Shown one piece after another: positions 45,550 to 60,970 of a stretch of 64,000 nt of DNA. A program made the translations under genes and the position numbers. Position 1 is the first letter of the stretch, and each line of letters opens with the position of its first letter. Origin of the DNA: Eledone cirrhosa (taxonomy: Eukaryota); NCBI GenBank assembly GCA_964016885.1, contig OZ024759.1:10540001-10604000 (forward strand), given 5' to 3'. The notes under the pieces were generated by a model, which saw nothing but the letters and a program-made list of their open reading frames with translations, did no database searches and was not told the origin of the DNA.

Positions 45550-45615
45550 TATTTTATTATACATATTTCAGAGGTACTGAGCTATTTCATCAGTCCGTCC
45601 TCATCAGATAAAATA
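45550..45615 (-). ncRNA. Type-I hammerhead ribozyme motif
   Basis: Reverse complement tattttat-CTGATGA-ggacggactg...cagtacctct-GAAA-tatgta-TA-ataaaata. Confidence 0.7.
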
Positions 45616-46043
45616 AATTGATATCTGACATACCTCAACTGTGCTGATGGTTCAATTCCAGTCTTGGTAGTGATTAGTTATGACAAAACTCAATATTTAT
45701 ATACCATAAGTTGTAACATGAAAAACTACATATAATAGAGAGGGTACGTAGGAAAAGGTGTATAAAAATATATAATAATAAATATAATAAGTATATATAA
45801 AGGCAAGTAAGAAATATAAACATATAACTACATAACTGTTAAAAATTTAAATAATAAAATATACCTCCATATTATAGAAGAGAGAGCTAACTAGAGGAGA
45901 GAAAGAAAAGGAAAGAGAGATGATACTAAAAACAAAGGAGGGGAGTAACATACAATTACATAAGGTCAAGGAGAATCAAGGTATATGATGCGTGACCATT
46001 TTTTTAAAAATATTAAGTCAATTAGAACTAATCTATTAATTAA

Positions 46044-47025
46044 ACTAGCAGTAAAGTCCGGCGTTGCTCGGGGTCGCTCAGTAGCTGTGTTAAAGTTACA
46101 ATGTTAAGTTTCTTTCTTGGCTTAAAAACTGTAGTGTCTACTGTGCAGACTTGCATGTGGTGTTTTTGATTAATATTCCCTCAACCAACAATATGCCTTA
46201 TGAAGTTAAGAAAACATAACGATAACCCGAATGTTATAACAAAAGAGGATGCTGGGGATAGAAACTGCACTGGTTATTTATTAACAAAGATCGAAAATGT
46301 AAACACTGCAACGCAGAGAAAAACATTAGCGTAACCAAATTATCAGTTATGTCTGTCTGCACGCCTATATCACCTCTCTGCACGACTGTCTGTCTGCACA
46401 CCTATATCACCTCTCTGCACGACTGTCTGTCTGCACGCCTATATCACCTCTCTGCACGACTGTCTGTCTGCACGCCTATATCACCTCTCTGCACGACTGT
46501 CTGTCTGCACGCGTATATCACCTCTCTGCACGACTCTGTCTGCACGACTGTCTGTCTGCACGCATAACGACGAAATATTTGCTTGTAGTCTTTAAATAGA
46601 CTTGTTTTCAAGTAAAAATATTGTTTTAAAATGCTTTTAAATGGAAATGAAGCAAAACGGAAGCTTAGTGTTCGAACTGATGAATTTTGCAGGTCAATAT
46701 TTTGCTGGCTCGACAACTGTCTGTTCGTGTATTGTGTTAATGTCATTTTAAACGCTGAGAAAACCAGCGTAATTTTTTACGTAAGACGCTCAATGTAAAC
46801 AGAACAAAGGGAAATAACTGATAACTTACGCTCAAAAATCGATACATTATATTCGATTTCGTCACATAGGGCGGGTCAATTTGAAATATTTTTTTTCCGA
46901 TGTCTTCGCTAGGGCTCAATGTACAAGTATAGCAATTTCGGTGCAATTCCGTGAGAGATTCTAAGAGGAGATGTGTGCCAAAAATCGATAGACAGACAGA
47001 CAACCACAGTTTTATATATATAGAT
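46044..47025. mobile_element. Helentron/DINE-1-like non-autonomous element with internal 37-bp repeats (46351-46563)
   Basis: Begins actagcagtaaagtccggcgttgctcgggg (hairpin) and ends gacagacaga...tttatatatatagat; family assigned by resemblance only. Confidence 0.55.
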
Positions 47026-47169
47026 AACTTGAAATTTTTAGATTATAATATTTGAAAGAACCTATATTATTGTATTATATCAAAATTAAAACAAATATAT
47101 AGTGAAAAAGATAAATTTAACATAATTCCAAGGGTAATCAAGAGTATATTTAAATTATTAAATATAGTC

Positions 47170-47516
47170 ATGGAGGCACATGGCCTAGTGGTTAGAGCAT
47201 TGGCCTTGCAATCGAAAGGTTGTGAGTTCAATTCTCAGACCGGGTGATGCGTTGTTTCCTTGAGCAAGACACTTTATTTCACATTACTCGAGTTTACTCA
47301 GCTGCAGAAATGAGATGAAAGGGACTGGGGTCCATATCATTCCACTGCAAAGTGGTCATGGAGGTGCCACGGCAAAAAAGCACCGAGCACTCACTGTAAA
47401 TGAGGTTGGTGTTAGGAAGGGCATCCAGCTGTAAAAATCAAGCTCGCATCAGTTCCTGTCCCACCCTTGCAAGCAGGGAAAAAGCAGACGTAAAATGAAA
47501 TGATGATGAATGATGA
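47170..47516 (+). mobile_element. SINE family A
   Basis: Same head and tail as the 21414 copy. Confidence 0.85.
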
Positions 47517-47519
47517 TAC

Positions 47520-47554
<35 letters not shown>

Positions 47555-47903
47555 TATGTATATATACATACATATATAATTAAAAAAACTAGAGTCTAAA
47601 ACAGCTGCTATATTTTTAGCTGGTATTGCTTTATCGGCCAGTGCTATATAGAATTTATGGGGGTGGGGGTACTGAGGCTACAAAAGTCCGATGGGCTGCC
47701 TCAGGCCAAAGAGGAAAAAGGAAAAGGGAGTGGAAGAAAGTGAGAAGAAGAGGTAAGGGGAAAAAAGGAAAGAAGTACATCTATCTATGTATGCTGGGGT
47801 TTCCCCTATCTTGTTCGGCAAGTGGGGAAAAGAAGGATGTTGCAGCCATTATCTACCCACCCGGGTCATGAGGGGGTTTGAAGGCGAGGTAAGTCCTACG
47901 CAA

Positions 47904-48120
47904 TCAGTGTTTACATGCAGTTACAAGTTCGTCTTTTTTGTTTAGGAGTTGGCCCTTCGTAAACAGCATTTGTATTGTTTCCTCCGAGCATAGGTTACAC
48001 GGACATCATCCTCCCGTATAGGAGTTAGCCATGGACAGTAAGCTCCAAGTAAGATAGGTATGTGGTGGTATTATCTTGGAGGTCCCAGATATGGGCCGAA
48101 AGTGTAGTGGCATGTCGTTG
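47904..48120 (-). mobile_element. Degenerate Penelope-like GIY-YIG endonuclease C-terminus (second family)
   Basis: Manual translation across one frameshift: ATTLSAHIWDLQD/TWSLLSMANSYTGG*CPCNLCSEETIQMLFTKGQLLNKKDELVTACKH*. Confidence 0.7.
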
Positions 48121-49983
48121 GGCCCTAAATGTTATCCGACGGAGTATTTATAATAAAGGAAGAACCTTTCTGTTTTTCAACTCCATTTGACGCATAGAGT
48201 TACGGCCCTTGCCATTCTGAGTTCAAATCCCGCCGAGGTTAACTTTGCCTTTCATCCTTACGGGGTCGATAAAATAAAGTACCAGTAATGTACTGGGTAA
48301 TTGCTGGCCTTGTGCCAAAAGTAGAAACAATTATTCCTTATTATGCTGCATTTCAGAGGCGATGAATAGCTTAATAGCTTCCTGTTCATCAGAGAGGTGA
48401 TTCTATTTTGGAAGATCATATTTTCTATGGTATATAATGTACCCCCAGCATTTGTGGAATTTTCCTTAGAACCTAACTAATAATTGTTTGTGGCAACCAT
48501 CGTACACTCATGGAATTGTAAATATCTTCTGTGGGGGTTTTTTTAATGGCTTTTTCCATGGCAATATATATATTTTTAACACTAAATTATTATTAACAAT
48601 AAACCATATTTGTCGGCCTATTGGACTCTTCTTTTATTATATTCTACATTATATTTTGACGTCTATAGGCAATTTTATGGAACACGTTTTTCACTCTTCG
48701 CGGGTGCCCTAATAATGTAACCCCTGTGAATACCAGTGAACAACTGTAGTTACCTGTAGTATATAGTTTATTAGAGTTGACTCCAAATTTAAACTGTAAT
48801 GAAGTAAGGAGCGTGGGACTGCGTACGGTTTATTTCTTTTAATCCAGTTAGTAAAATAAGTTGGATTACTTTGAATAAATAATGAATAAATATTACATAA
48901 TTTATCTACTAAATTTTGTGGCTGTTGATTAAATATATTTTATTTATTTAAAGATTCACTACTTTAAAATTTCCGAAATGTCAACACTTCCGGTTGGCTA
49001 TCGCTTAAATAAACATTCCTATATTTCTGTCACTAATTTTCTCCTAATGCAGTTTATATATAATGTCGTCTTTTTTAATATATCATGGATTACTTTACTG
49101 ATTACATAAGACAGTGTAACACAGTCTTCATTCAATTTCCATGTATTATATATTGTCAATTACAATTTTATTCGATATATCATATCTACATGTATATATA
49201 CCTGCATATAATATCAATATACACACTAGCAGAAAACCACCTGTTATTGATGTTTGTCAGAATTTGTTGGTGTTATCAAGGTAATAAGTTTGGTGCTGTT
49301 TCATGAACTGCGTGATTGTGTGTGTTTATGTGTGTGAGTGTTTATGTGTGTGAGTGTTTATGTGTGTGAGTGTTTATGTGTGTGAGTGTTTATGTGTGTG
49401 AGTGTTTATGTGTGTGAGTGTTTATATGTGTGAGTGTGTGTGTGTGTGAATGTTTATATGTGTTTGCGTGTGTGTGAATGTTTATATGTGTTTGCGTGTG
49501 TGTGAATGTTTATATGTGTTTGTGTGTGTGTGTATTTGTATGTTTGTTTCTTTACTGTGGGCACCAACTTTCCTATTTGTTTTTAATGGTCTATATTTCT
49601 ACAAAAGCTGATTTTTTTAAAATTTATTCATCAAATTCTTCTATTTTTGTGTTTCAAGGTCGGCATGTATGCATGAAAATATGTTTCTTTATGTAAGTGG
49701 GTTTTTGTTTAATGTTCTTTTGTGTCTATTTCCATGCGAGTTGTTTTTTTGTTCCTCTTCTATCTGTGTATAGTTGAGGTCACTGAACTATGTAGATTGG
49801 AAAGAAATGATGGTGCCATGCTCCAATGGATGTGTAATAGTAATATACGTGAAAAATGAAGCATAAATGAACTGAGAAACTAGGCATATACTTTCCTTAT
49901 GCATATTAACAGCCGATATGCAAATTAGGCTGTTCAGCAGTTAATATGCGTAAGGAGAGTATATACTTTCAAACGTACAATCG

Positions 49984-50054
49984 ATTGACAGGAAGGTATA
50001 CAGTGCTGATGACAGCTAATGAGCTAGAAACTAGTTCATCGTTCCTTTGTCAGT
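49984..50054 (+). ncRNA. Type-I hammerhead motif
   Basis: gtg-CTGATGA-cagctaatgagcta-GAAA-ctag-TT-cat; palindromic stem III ACTAGT; distal stem ttgacagg/ctttgtcag. Confidence 0.62.
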
Positions 50055-50834
50055 GTTGAACAAAAGGGCAATGATGGTTGCCGAACACTGAACGGCTTAA
50101 TTCGGGCCGTTTGTTTACAAACAACCCGAACATTATAATAAATATTCGGTAAACCCATACGTACATATATATATGTGTGCATGTATATATGTATATACAT
50201 ACTACTGTACGTCTGTATACATATATGTATGTACGTGTACATACTTATATTTATATATAAATATATATATATACTACTGTATGTCTGTATACATATATGT
50301 ATGTATGTATACATACTTATATATATGTATATATATATATATATATATATACTACTGTACGTCTGTATACATATATGTATGTACTTATACATACTTATAT
50401 TTATATATATGTATATATATATATATATATACTACTGTACGTCTGTATACATATATGTACTTATACATACTTATATTTATATATATGTATATATATATAT
50501 ATACTACTGTACGTTCCCACCAACAGCACGAGAAAATGAGATCAAGTTCGTGTAGGTGTCACGACAAAAAAAACACACACAGTCCACGCTGTAATGTGGC
50601 TGTGTAGGTAACACAGTAAAAAGTTCCCAGTCCACGCTGTAAATGTGGTTGGTGTTAGGAAGGGCATCCAGCCGTAGAAAACCTACCAGACAGTCCTATA
50701 TGAACGAGACACGGTCACCTGACCAACCTTGCCTCAAGTGGGACAACTCCCGTCAAACCCATGCTAGCGTGGAAAACGGACGTTAAATGAAGATGATGAT
50801 GATGATGATATATATTTATACATATGTAAATATG

Positions 50835-50884
<50 letters not shown>

Positions 50885-51139
50885 TGTATAAATATATATA
50901 TATATAAATATGTATAAATATATATATATATATATATACATACATATATATATATATACATACATAAATATGTATAAATATATATATACATATTTATATA
51001 TATATATATATAAATATGTATAAATATATATATATATATCTATATCCAAAATTAAGATAATCAAAATTATGGGTGTCATGCCAGAAAGGCATGCGCCATA
51101 TAACATGCGAGTTATTATAAATATATATATATATATATA

Positions 51140-51420
51140 TATTGTTATACTTTGGGAGGGTCATGTTGCCAATAAGAAACACACGCACCAGTTGCTTTCA
51201 CTTCAATTTATTATATATTTATAAATTTATAAATTTACAAATCTACAAACTTATAAATTATAAATTTCTGGTTGGTTGGTTGGTTGGTTCCACAACCAGA
51301 TAGTTGTTTATATATATAGTCATAGTCCTTTCGTCACACACTCTGTGACCTCTTCAGTGACTGGGGATTCCTTCCTTTGTTTCTGTGCCTTTTCTTTCTT
51401 CTATCCTACGCCATTTTGAA
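51140..51420 (-). mobile_element. Penelope-like pLTR fragment with hammerhead at 51318-51362
   Basis: Reverse complement agtca-CTGAAGA-ggtcacagagtgtgtgac-GAAA-ggac-TA-tgact. Confidence 0.75.
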
Positions 51421-51424
51421 AATG

Positions 51425-52636
<1,212 letters not shown>

Positions 52637-52904
52637 ATATATATATTTATACATATATATATATATATATATATTTATACATATATATATATATATATAT
52701 ATTTATACATATATATATATATATATATATTTATACATATATATATATATATATGTATATTTATACATATATATATATATATATGTATATTTATACATAT
52801 ATATATATATGTATATTTATACATATATATATATATATATGTATATTTATACATATATATATATATGTATATTTATACATATATATATATATATATGTAT
52901 ATTT

Positions 52905-52946
<42 letters not shown>

Positions 52947-52948
52947 TT

Positions 52949-52983
<35 letters not shown>

Positions 52984-53004
52984 TGTATAAATATATATAT
53001 ATAT

Positions 53005-53830
53005 ATTGTTATACTTGGGGAGGGTCATATTTGTGTAATATTGCCAGAATTAATAACAGAACACACTCACTGTTTGGTTGAGTTTCGTTTCTGTGTCTTT
53101 TCTATCGGTTAATTTAATTTATTCGGTCCTCAATGTTGCCATTGACTGACCAACGGTAAAAAATACAGATACAATATAGACACAAACACATATATATAGT
53201 GTATCAAAGTTCTTTCGTTGCACATCTGCAACATCGTCAGTGGTGCTATTGTTTCCTCCCGTTGCATTGTATTTTCTACGCCATCTTTATTTAGTCTGTT
53301 TATATATTTATTTATTTGTTTATTTTGTCTTCTTTGCGCATGCGTTTGCGTGTGTGTATAGTGTTTTGTTTGATGTGTGTTCGTGATTGGGTGGCTGTGT
53401 ATTGGTTAATGTATTCTATCTTTACTAGTGCGTGTTTATATGTGTTTGTTGTTGTTGTGCTTGTGTATGTATTTATTTATTTATTTATACTTCTCTTAGG
53501 TCAGTGTTGTTTGTTTGGGTGTTGTTGTTCTTCCATTCATTTTTTCTGTTTAACCTTAGCCTTCTAAGTTCTATTTCACTGGCCTCTCTGATTTGCATAT
53601 CTGCTGGGTCATTTCTATGTTTAGATATTATTCTAATTTCTATGTTGTCTATGTTACTGCCGTGTTGTTGGCTGGCATGTTCGTATAGTACTGAACCGTT
53701 TTTTCGTCCTTTTAGTTCCCCCCAGTGTTGGTCTATCCTTTCACCTATGCTACGAGCTGTCTCGCCTATGTATGTTGTTGTCATGTTTCTGCAAGTACCC
53801 TCTGTACATCTTATGCTATAGAATACGTTA
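53005..53830 (-). mobile_element. Penelope-like element 3' end: GIY-YIG endonuclease + pLTR hammerhead (53201-53246)
   Basis: NVFYSIRCTEGTCRNMTTTYIGETARSIGERIDQH...IREASEI...LNRKNEW; downstream CTGACGA-tgttgcagatgtgcaac-GAAA-gaac-TT. Confidence 0.88.
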
Positions 53831-54108
53831 TATATATATAAATATGCATATATATATATATCTCGGAAGTTGTTTTTCGTTAATTCTTAAGCCGAAATAC
53901 GATTCTCGCTAATTTATATTTATATATATATATTTATACATATATATATATATATATATTTATACATATATATATATATATATATTTATACATATATATA
54001 TATATATATTTATACATATGTAGGAGGTGAGTTTTATTGTAGTACAATAAAGCAATGCAGATATCGGATAAGAAGCACTCTACAGTTTGTAGGACTGGAG
54101 TATACATA

Positions 54109-54429
54109 ATATAAGATCAAAAGATGGTTAAAGGAGTTCCATGTATTTTATTATGCGCATTTCAAAAACAAACATCATCATGCAATAATATTTGTGTTTT
54201 CATCAGATAAAACAGGAGAACATGATATGAAGGCTAAAAAACACTTGTGGATAGTGCAGTTTTTATGTTGATTTAAAACTGCACTATCCACAAGTGTTTT
54301 TTAGCCTTCATATCATGTTCTCCTGTTTTATCTGATGAAAACACAAATATTATTGCATGATGATGTTTGTTTTTGAAATGCGCATAATAAAATACATGGA
54401 ACTCCTTTAACCATCTTTTGATCTTATAT
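54109..54429. ncRNA. Palindrome with ~155-bp arms and back-to-back hammerheads (54144-54214 on -, 54324-54394 on +)
   Basis: Arms 54109-54263 and 54275-54429, 11-nt spacer; the right arm matches the 19620-19785 unit. Confidence 0.8.
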
Positions 54430-54969
54430 ATTATATTTATACATATATATATATGTATAAATATATATATATAAATATGTATAAATATATATATATATAT
54501 ATTTATACATATATATATATATAAATATGTATAAATATAAATATATATATATATATCCCGAGCTCCATGTGGGGTTGGTAACGGTCATTCCTTAAATTAG
54601 CACTCGAACTAAAACCTGTTGAAAAAGTGGCTTCCTTGTTCAATCATCTTACCAGAAGCCTAACATTATTCGTGTAAGCGGACAGTACTTGATTTAGGAG
54701 TCGCAGAAACCCAAATGCTGGATTTTCCCAACCATCCAGGGGTCCGGGTAAATTTTCAATCACATATATTTTTATTTGTTTGACCCGAATTACTTGGTCG
54801 TTTCTATGGCTGTGCGGATGATTCTTTAACTATCGTCTCAGTGTGTTTGGCCTTTAACGTATGTTGTAGCTCTGGTTCATCTGAATCATTGAGCACTTGC
54901 CACACATCTCGGAGGTTGTTTTTCGTTAATTCCTAAGCCGAAATACGATTCTCGCTAATTTATATTTGC

Positions 54970-55000
<31 letters not shown>

Positions 55001-55035
55001 TGTATAAATATATTTATATATTTATATTTATATAT

Positions 55036-55788
55036 TAGAAATAAGAGGGATCAGATGTTGTTTACTCGAGAGAAGGCTACGTTGGTATGGTCACGTGATG
55101 CGCATGAAAGACGACAGCTGTATAACAAAGTGCAGGGCAATAAAGATAGACGGTAGCCACGGAGTAGGCAGACCCAGAAAAACCTGGGACGAGCTGATAG
55201 ATTCCGACCTCACACACTTACACCTCTCCAAGACAATGTCACTGGACCGAGAGCTTTGGCGGTACTCAGTAATAGAGAAGACCCGCGTTACCTAAATACA
55301 AAGTAAAACCTACTACAGTCAGTAGGCATCTCTAACAAAATACACCCACGTCCCACCACCCCCACACCATCCCTTTCAATGTAAAGTTATGTTGATGCCA
55401 CAAAATCCAGGCCGAAACAAATGAGATCGTGTAGGTGTCACAACAAAAAAAACACACAGTCCACGCTGTAATGTGACCGTGTAGGCAACATGGTAAAAAC
55501 GTCCCAGTCCCACACTGTAAATGTGGTTGGTGTTAGGAAGGGCATCCAGCTGTAGAAAACCTGCCAGACAGTCCACGCTGTAATGTGACCATGTAGGCAA
55601 CACGGTAAAAACCTCCCAGCCCCACACTGTAAATGTGGTTGGTGTTAGGAAGGGCATCCAACTGTAGAAAACCCGCCAGACAGTCCTATGCGAGCAAGAC
55701 AACCACTCCTTGCCTCAAGTGGGAAAACTCCCGTCCAAACCCATGCAAGCATGGAACACGGACGTTAAACGATGATGATGATGATGAT
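55036..55788 (+). mobile_element. RTE 3' fragment (close paralogue of 1-672)
   Basis: MRMKDDSCITKCRAIKIDGSHGVGRPRKTW; (GAT)n tail. Confidence 0.88.
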
Positions 55789-55936
55789 ATATTTATATAT
55801 ATATATATATATAAATATGTATAAATAAATATATATATATATACATTTATATATATATATATATAAATATGTATAAATAAATATATATATATATATATAC
55901 ATTTATATATATATATATATAAATATGTATAAATAA

Positions 55937-55978
<42 letters not shown>

Positions 55979-56044
55979 GGTGACCTATTAAGAGAGATTA
56001 AGAATTTCAACTCAATATCTTTTGATAAAACACCTTTCAGCTAT

Positions 56045-56082
<38 letters not shown>

Positions 56083-56424
56083 ACACTCACACACACTACC
56101 CACATACAGAAACACACACATACAAACACACCCACATATATTTACACACAAATACACACATACACACAAACATATATACACACACACACACACACTGTGT
56201 AGCTTGTTTCTCTTCCCTCCCGACATGATTTCAAAGAGAATTTAGCACAGCAAGCTAAAAATAAAACTAACCTAGATTCATTTCAACCCCACCCCGCAGC
56301 AGAGACACCTTAATAAGGCCTTTGATAAATACAGGTAAAATATTACTTTGGTTGATTTGATAATTACCTGAAGTATTGTGGGACTTGTTTACTAGAAGGG
56401 TCAGTGATATGTAAGAATTGAAGA

Positions 56425-58585
56425 GGTGGTGGTGGTGGTGGTAGTAGTGATTATTGTGGTGGTGATGCTGGTGACCACCACCACTACTACCACCACTACC
56501 ACCGCCACCACTACCACCATCACCATCACCACTACCACCGCCACCATCACCACCACCACCACTACCACTGCCACCACTACCACCACTACTATCACCACTA
56601 CCACTGCCACCATCACCACCACCTCCACTACCAGCATCACCACCACTACCACCACCATCACCACCACGACCACTACCAGTGCCACCATCACCACTACCAC
56701 TACCACTGCCACCATCACCCCTACCACTGCCACCATCACCACCACCACTACCACCATCACCACTACCACTGCCACCATCACCACCACTACCAGCATCACT
56801 ACCACCATCACCACTACCACCGCCACCACCAACACCACTACCACCACCACCACCACTGCCACCACTACCACCATCACCACTACCACTGCCACCATCACCA
56901 CCACCACCACCACTACCACCACCATCACCACTACCACTGCCACCATCACCCCTACCACTGCCACCATCACCACCACCACTACCACCATCACCCCTACCAC
57001 TGCCACCATCACCCCTACCACTGCCACCATCACCACTACCACTGCCACCACCACTACCACCACTACCACCATCACCCCTACCACTGCCACCATCACCACC
57101 ACTACCACTGCCACCATCACCACCACCACCACCACCACTACCACTGCCACCACTACCACCATCACCACCACCACTACCACTGCCACCACTGCCACCACTG
57201 CCACCACCACTGCCACCACTACCACCATCACCCCTACCACTACCACCACCACCACCACTGCCACCACTACCACTGCCACCACTACCACCACCACTACCAC
57301 TGCCACCACTGCCACCACTGCCACCACCACTGCCACCACTACCACCATCACCCCTACCACTACCACCACCACCACCACTGCCACCACTACCACTGCCACC
57401 ACTACCACCACCACTACCACTGCCACCACTGCCACCACTGCCACCACCACCACTGCCACCACTACCACCATCACCCCTACCACCACCACCACCACCACCA
57501 CTGCCACTGCCACCACCACCACCACCACCACTGAGACTTTACGCCACATTCCATCTTATACTGAGATAAACAGAAATTGTCAGCTTTATAAACATGAACA
57601 ACATGATAAACAATACCATAGCAACCATGGCATTGCTATAGTAACCAATACCATAGTAACCACGGTCTTTTCTCACTTATTCCTGAGAGGGTCATGGCTG
57701 CAGAGCCCTCAGACATTCCCTCCAGAGGGGCCTGTCAGAAGCAACCACCTCCAATTCATCTGGCTGGATCCCCAAACGAGACCAGCTAAGATCATAGATG
57801 TTTTCCAACCACCTTGTTCAGGGGTCTACTCCTGGATCTCCTACCTCTTGGTTTGGCCCCTAAAATCTGTCCAGTGATTCTTTCCTGAGGCATTCTAACT
57901 ACTGCCACCACCACCATTACCACTGCCACTACTACCACCACTTCCACCACTGCCACCACTACTACCACCACTGCCACCACTTCCACCACCACCACCACCA
58001 TTACCACTGCCACCACCAACACCGCCACCCAGTCAACCTGCCACTACCACTGCCACCACCACCACCACCACCATTACCACTGCCACCACCGCCACTGCCA
58101 CCACCACTGCCACCACTACTATCACCACCACCACCACCACCATTACCACTGCCACCACCACCACTACTACCACCACTGCCACCACCATTACCACTGCCAC
58201 CACCACCACCAGTGCCACCATCACCATCACCACCACCAACACTACCACCATCACCACCACCACTACCAGTGCCACCATCACCACTACCACCATCACCACT
58301 ACCACTGCCACCATCACCACTACCAGTGCCACCATCACCACTACCACCATCACCACTACCACTGCCACCATCACCACTACCACTGCCACCATCACCACTA
58401 CCACTGCCACTATCACCACTACCACCATCACCACTACCACTGCCACTATCACCACTACCAGTGCCACCATCACCACTACCACCATCACCACTACCACTGC
58501 CACCATCACCACTACCAGTGCCACCATCACCACTACCACCATCACCACTACCACTGCCACTATCACCACTACCACTGCCACCATC
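56425..58585. repeat. (CAC/CAT/TAC)n tracts, the second interrupting a minus-strand LINE fragment (57660-57900 and 58586-58860)
   Basis: AKLAIINSVFMPTLTYGHEFW on one side of the 57900-58585 tract and [23 protein letters not shown] on the other. Confidence 0.85.
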
Positions 58586-59109
58586 ATCGGAGCTGTGATC
58601 TCACAATTCGGAGAAGTAGCAGCTCTACCTGGAATGGCGCTTGTATTCACAATTCTATTCTTTCGATCATTACCCAAAATTCATGACCATAGGTAAGGGT
58701 TGGCATGAATACCGAATTGATGATAGCGAGTTTGGCTTTTATACCTACCTCCCAACTTCTGATTACCAAATACTGAAGCTGGTGCATTACTGCACCAGCT
58801 TCTGCAATTCTTGCACTTAATTTAGCCTCCTGCCTTCCAGAGAACGAGTTGCAGGTGGCAGATAGTGAAATGGCCAACAGATATGATGGCTAATTGCGAT
58901 ATAACTGGGCAACTGTCAAACAAATAAGTAGCCCCGAACCAACAGTGGTAAACTACTAGGGAAGTGGGAGAAATAGGGGACAGCTGAGCTCCCAAGAAAG
59001 CTCTCACAACCCAGTGATGTAGCTACGTTGAGGCAAGTAAAGGCTGCCTCTAAAAGAAACCTAGGCTTCACAAGTCTGAGAAAATAACCAAATTGGTACA
59101 AGTAATTGG

Positions 59110-60497
59110 CGTCATCACCCCTTCCTTCCTCAGTCATCTCTTCGGACGTCATCACCCCTTCCTTCCTCAGTCATCTCTAGTGTGTGACGTCATCACCCCT
59201 TCCTTCCTCAGTCATCTCTTCGGACGTCATCACCCCTTCCTCCCTCAGTCATCTCTAGTGTGTGACGTCATCACCTCTTCCTTCCTCAGTCATCTCTAGT
59301 GTGTGACGTCATCACCCCTTCCTTCCTCAGTCATCTCTAGTGAGTGACGTCATCACCCCTTCCTTCCTCAGTCATCTCTTCGGACGTCATCACCCCTTCC
59401 TCCCTCAGTCATCTCTTCTGACGTCATCACCCCTTCCTCCCTCAGTCATCTCTAGTATGTGACGTCATCACCCTTTCCTTCCTCAGTCATCTCTAGTGTG
59501 ACATCATCACCCCTTCCTTCCTCAGTCATCTCTAGTATGTGACGTCACCACCCTTTCCTTCCTCAGTCATCTCTAGTGACATCATCACCCCTTCCTTCCC
59601 CAGTCATCTCTAGTGTGACATCATCACCCCTCCTTCCTCAATCATCTCTAGTATGTGACGTCATCACCCCTTCCTTCCTCAGTCATCTCTAGTGTGTGAC
59701 GTCACCACCCCTTCCTTCCTCAGTCATCTCTAGTATGTGACGTCATCACCCCTTCCTTCCTCAGTCATCTCTAGTGTGTGACGTCACCACCCCTTCCTTC
59801 CTCAGTCATCTCTAGTATGTGACGTCATCACCCCTTCCTTCCTCAGTCATCTCTAGTATGTGACGTCACCACCCTTTCCTTCCTCAGTCATCTCTAGTAT
59901 GTGACGTCACCACCCTTTCCTTCCTCAGTCATCTCTCGTGTGACATCATCACCCCTTCCTTCCCCAGTCATCTCTAGTGTGACATCATCACCCCTTCCTT
60001 CCCCAGTCATCTCTAGTGTGACATCATCACCCCTCTTTCCTCAGTCATCTCTAGTATGTGACATCATCACCCCTTCCTCCCTCAGTCATCTCTAGTGTGT
60101 GACATCATCACCCTTCCTTCCTCAGTCATCTCTAGTGTGACATCATCACCCCTTCCTTCCCCAGTCATTTCTAGTGTGACATCATCACCCCTCCTTCCTC
60201 AGTCATCTCTAGTATGTGACGTCATCACCCCTTCCTCCCTCAGTCATCTCTAGTATGTGACGTCACCACCCTTTCCTTCCTCAGTCATCTCTCGTGTGAC
60301 ATCATCACCCCTCCTTCCTCAGTCATCTCTAGTGTGACATCATCACCCCTTCCTTCCCCAGTCATTTCTAGTGTGACATCATCACCCCTCCTTCCTCAGT
60401 CATCTCTAGTATGTGACGTCATCACCCCTTCCTCCCTCAGTCATCTCTAGTGTGTGACGTCAGCACCCCTTCCTTCCTCAGTCATCTCTTGTGTGTG
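59110..60497. repeat. 37-41-bp minisatellite
   Basis: gacgtcatcaccccttccttcctcagtcatctctagtgtgt; a solo unit occurs near 44065-44108. Confidence 0.93.
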
Positions 60498-60970
60498 AAG
60501 GAAGGATGGGCAAATGCACTTCAATATATATATAAATTGACAAATTGATTTAAGAATGACAGTCAAAGCTTATCTCAGTGGGATTTGAACTGAGAACATA
60601 AAGATCTGTACCTAAATATTGTAAATGATGCCCCCTCCTCACCCTTCCACATGTAGAAGCCATGATAAAAGGCACCCAGTCCACACTGTAAAGTGGTCAT
60701 GTAGGTGTCATGACAAAAAGCACCCACCACTCACTGAAATGAGGTTGGTATTAGAAAGGGCATCCAGTTGTAGAAATCAAGCCAAAATCAGTTCTGTATG
60801 AACAAGACATGGTCACCTGACCTAGTATTGCACACAACAGGACAACACGTCAAACCCATGCTAGCGTGGAAAATGGACATAAAACGGTGATGATGATGAT
60901 GATTTTGTCCACTGTGCTAACAATTCTTTCAGCCTGATTTACTGGCACCCAATAAATAAAGGGTAAAATA

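Noticed and set aside
53810-53830. 11-nt match (acgtattctat) between the GIY-YIG start and the 310-bp monomer
   Set aside because: Too short and AT-rich to show common origin.
56401-58677. Mucin-like Thr-rich ORFs
   Set aside because: (CAC)n tracts, one of which splits a LINE fragment.
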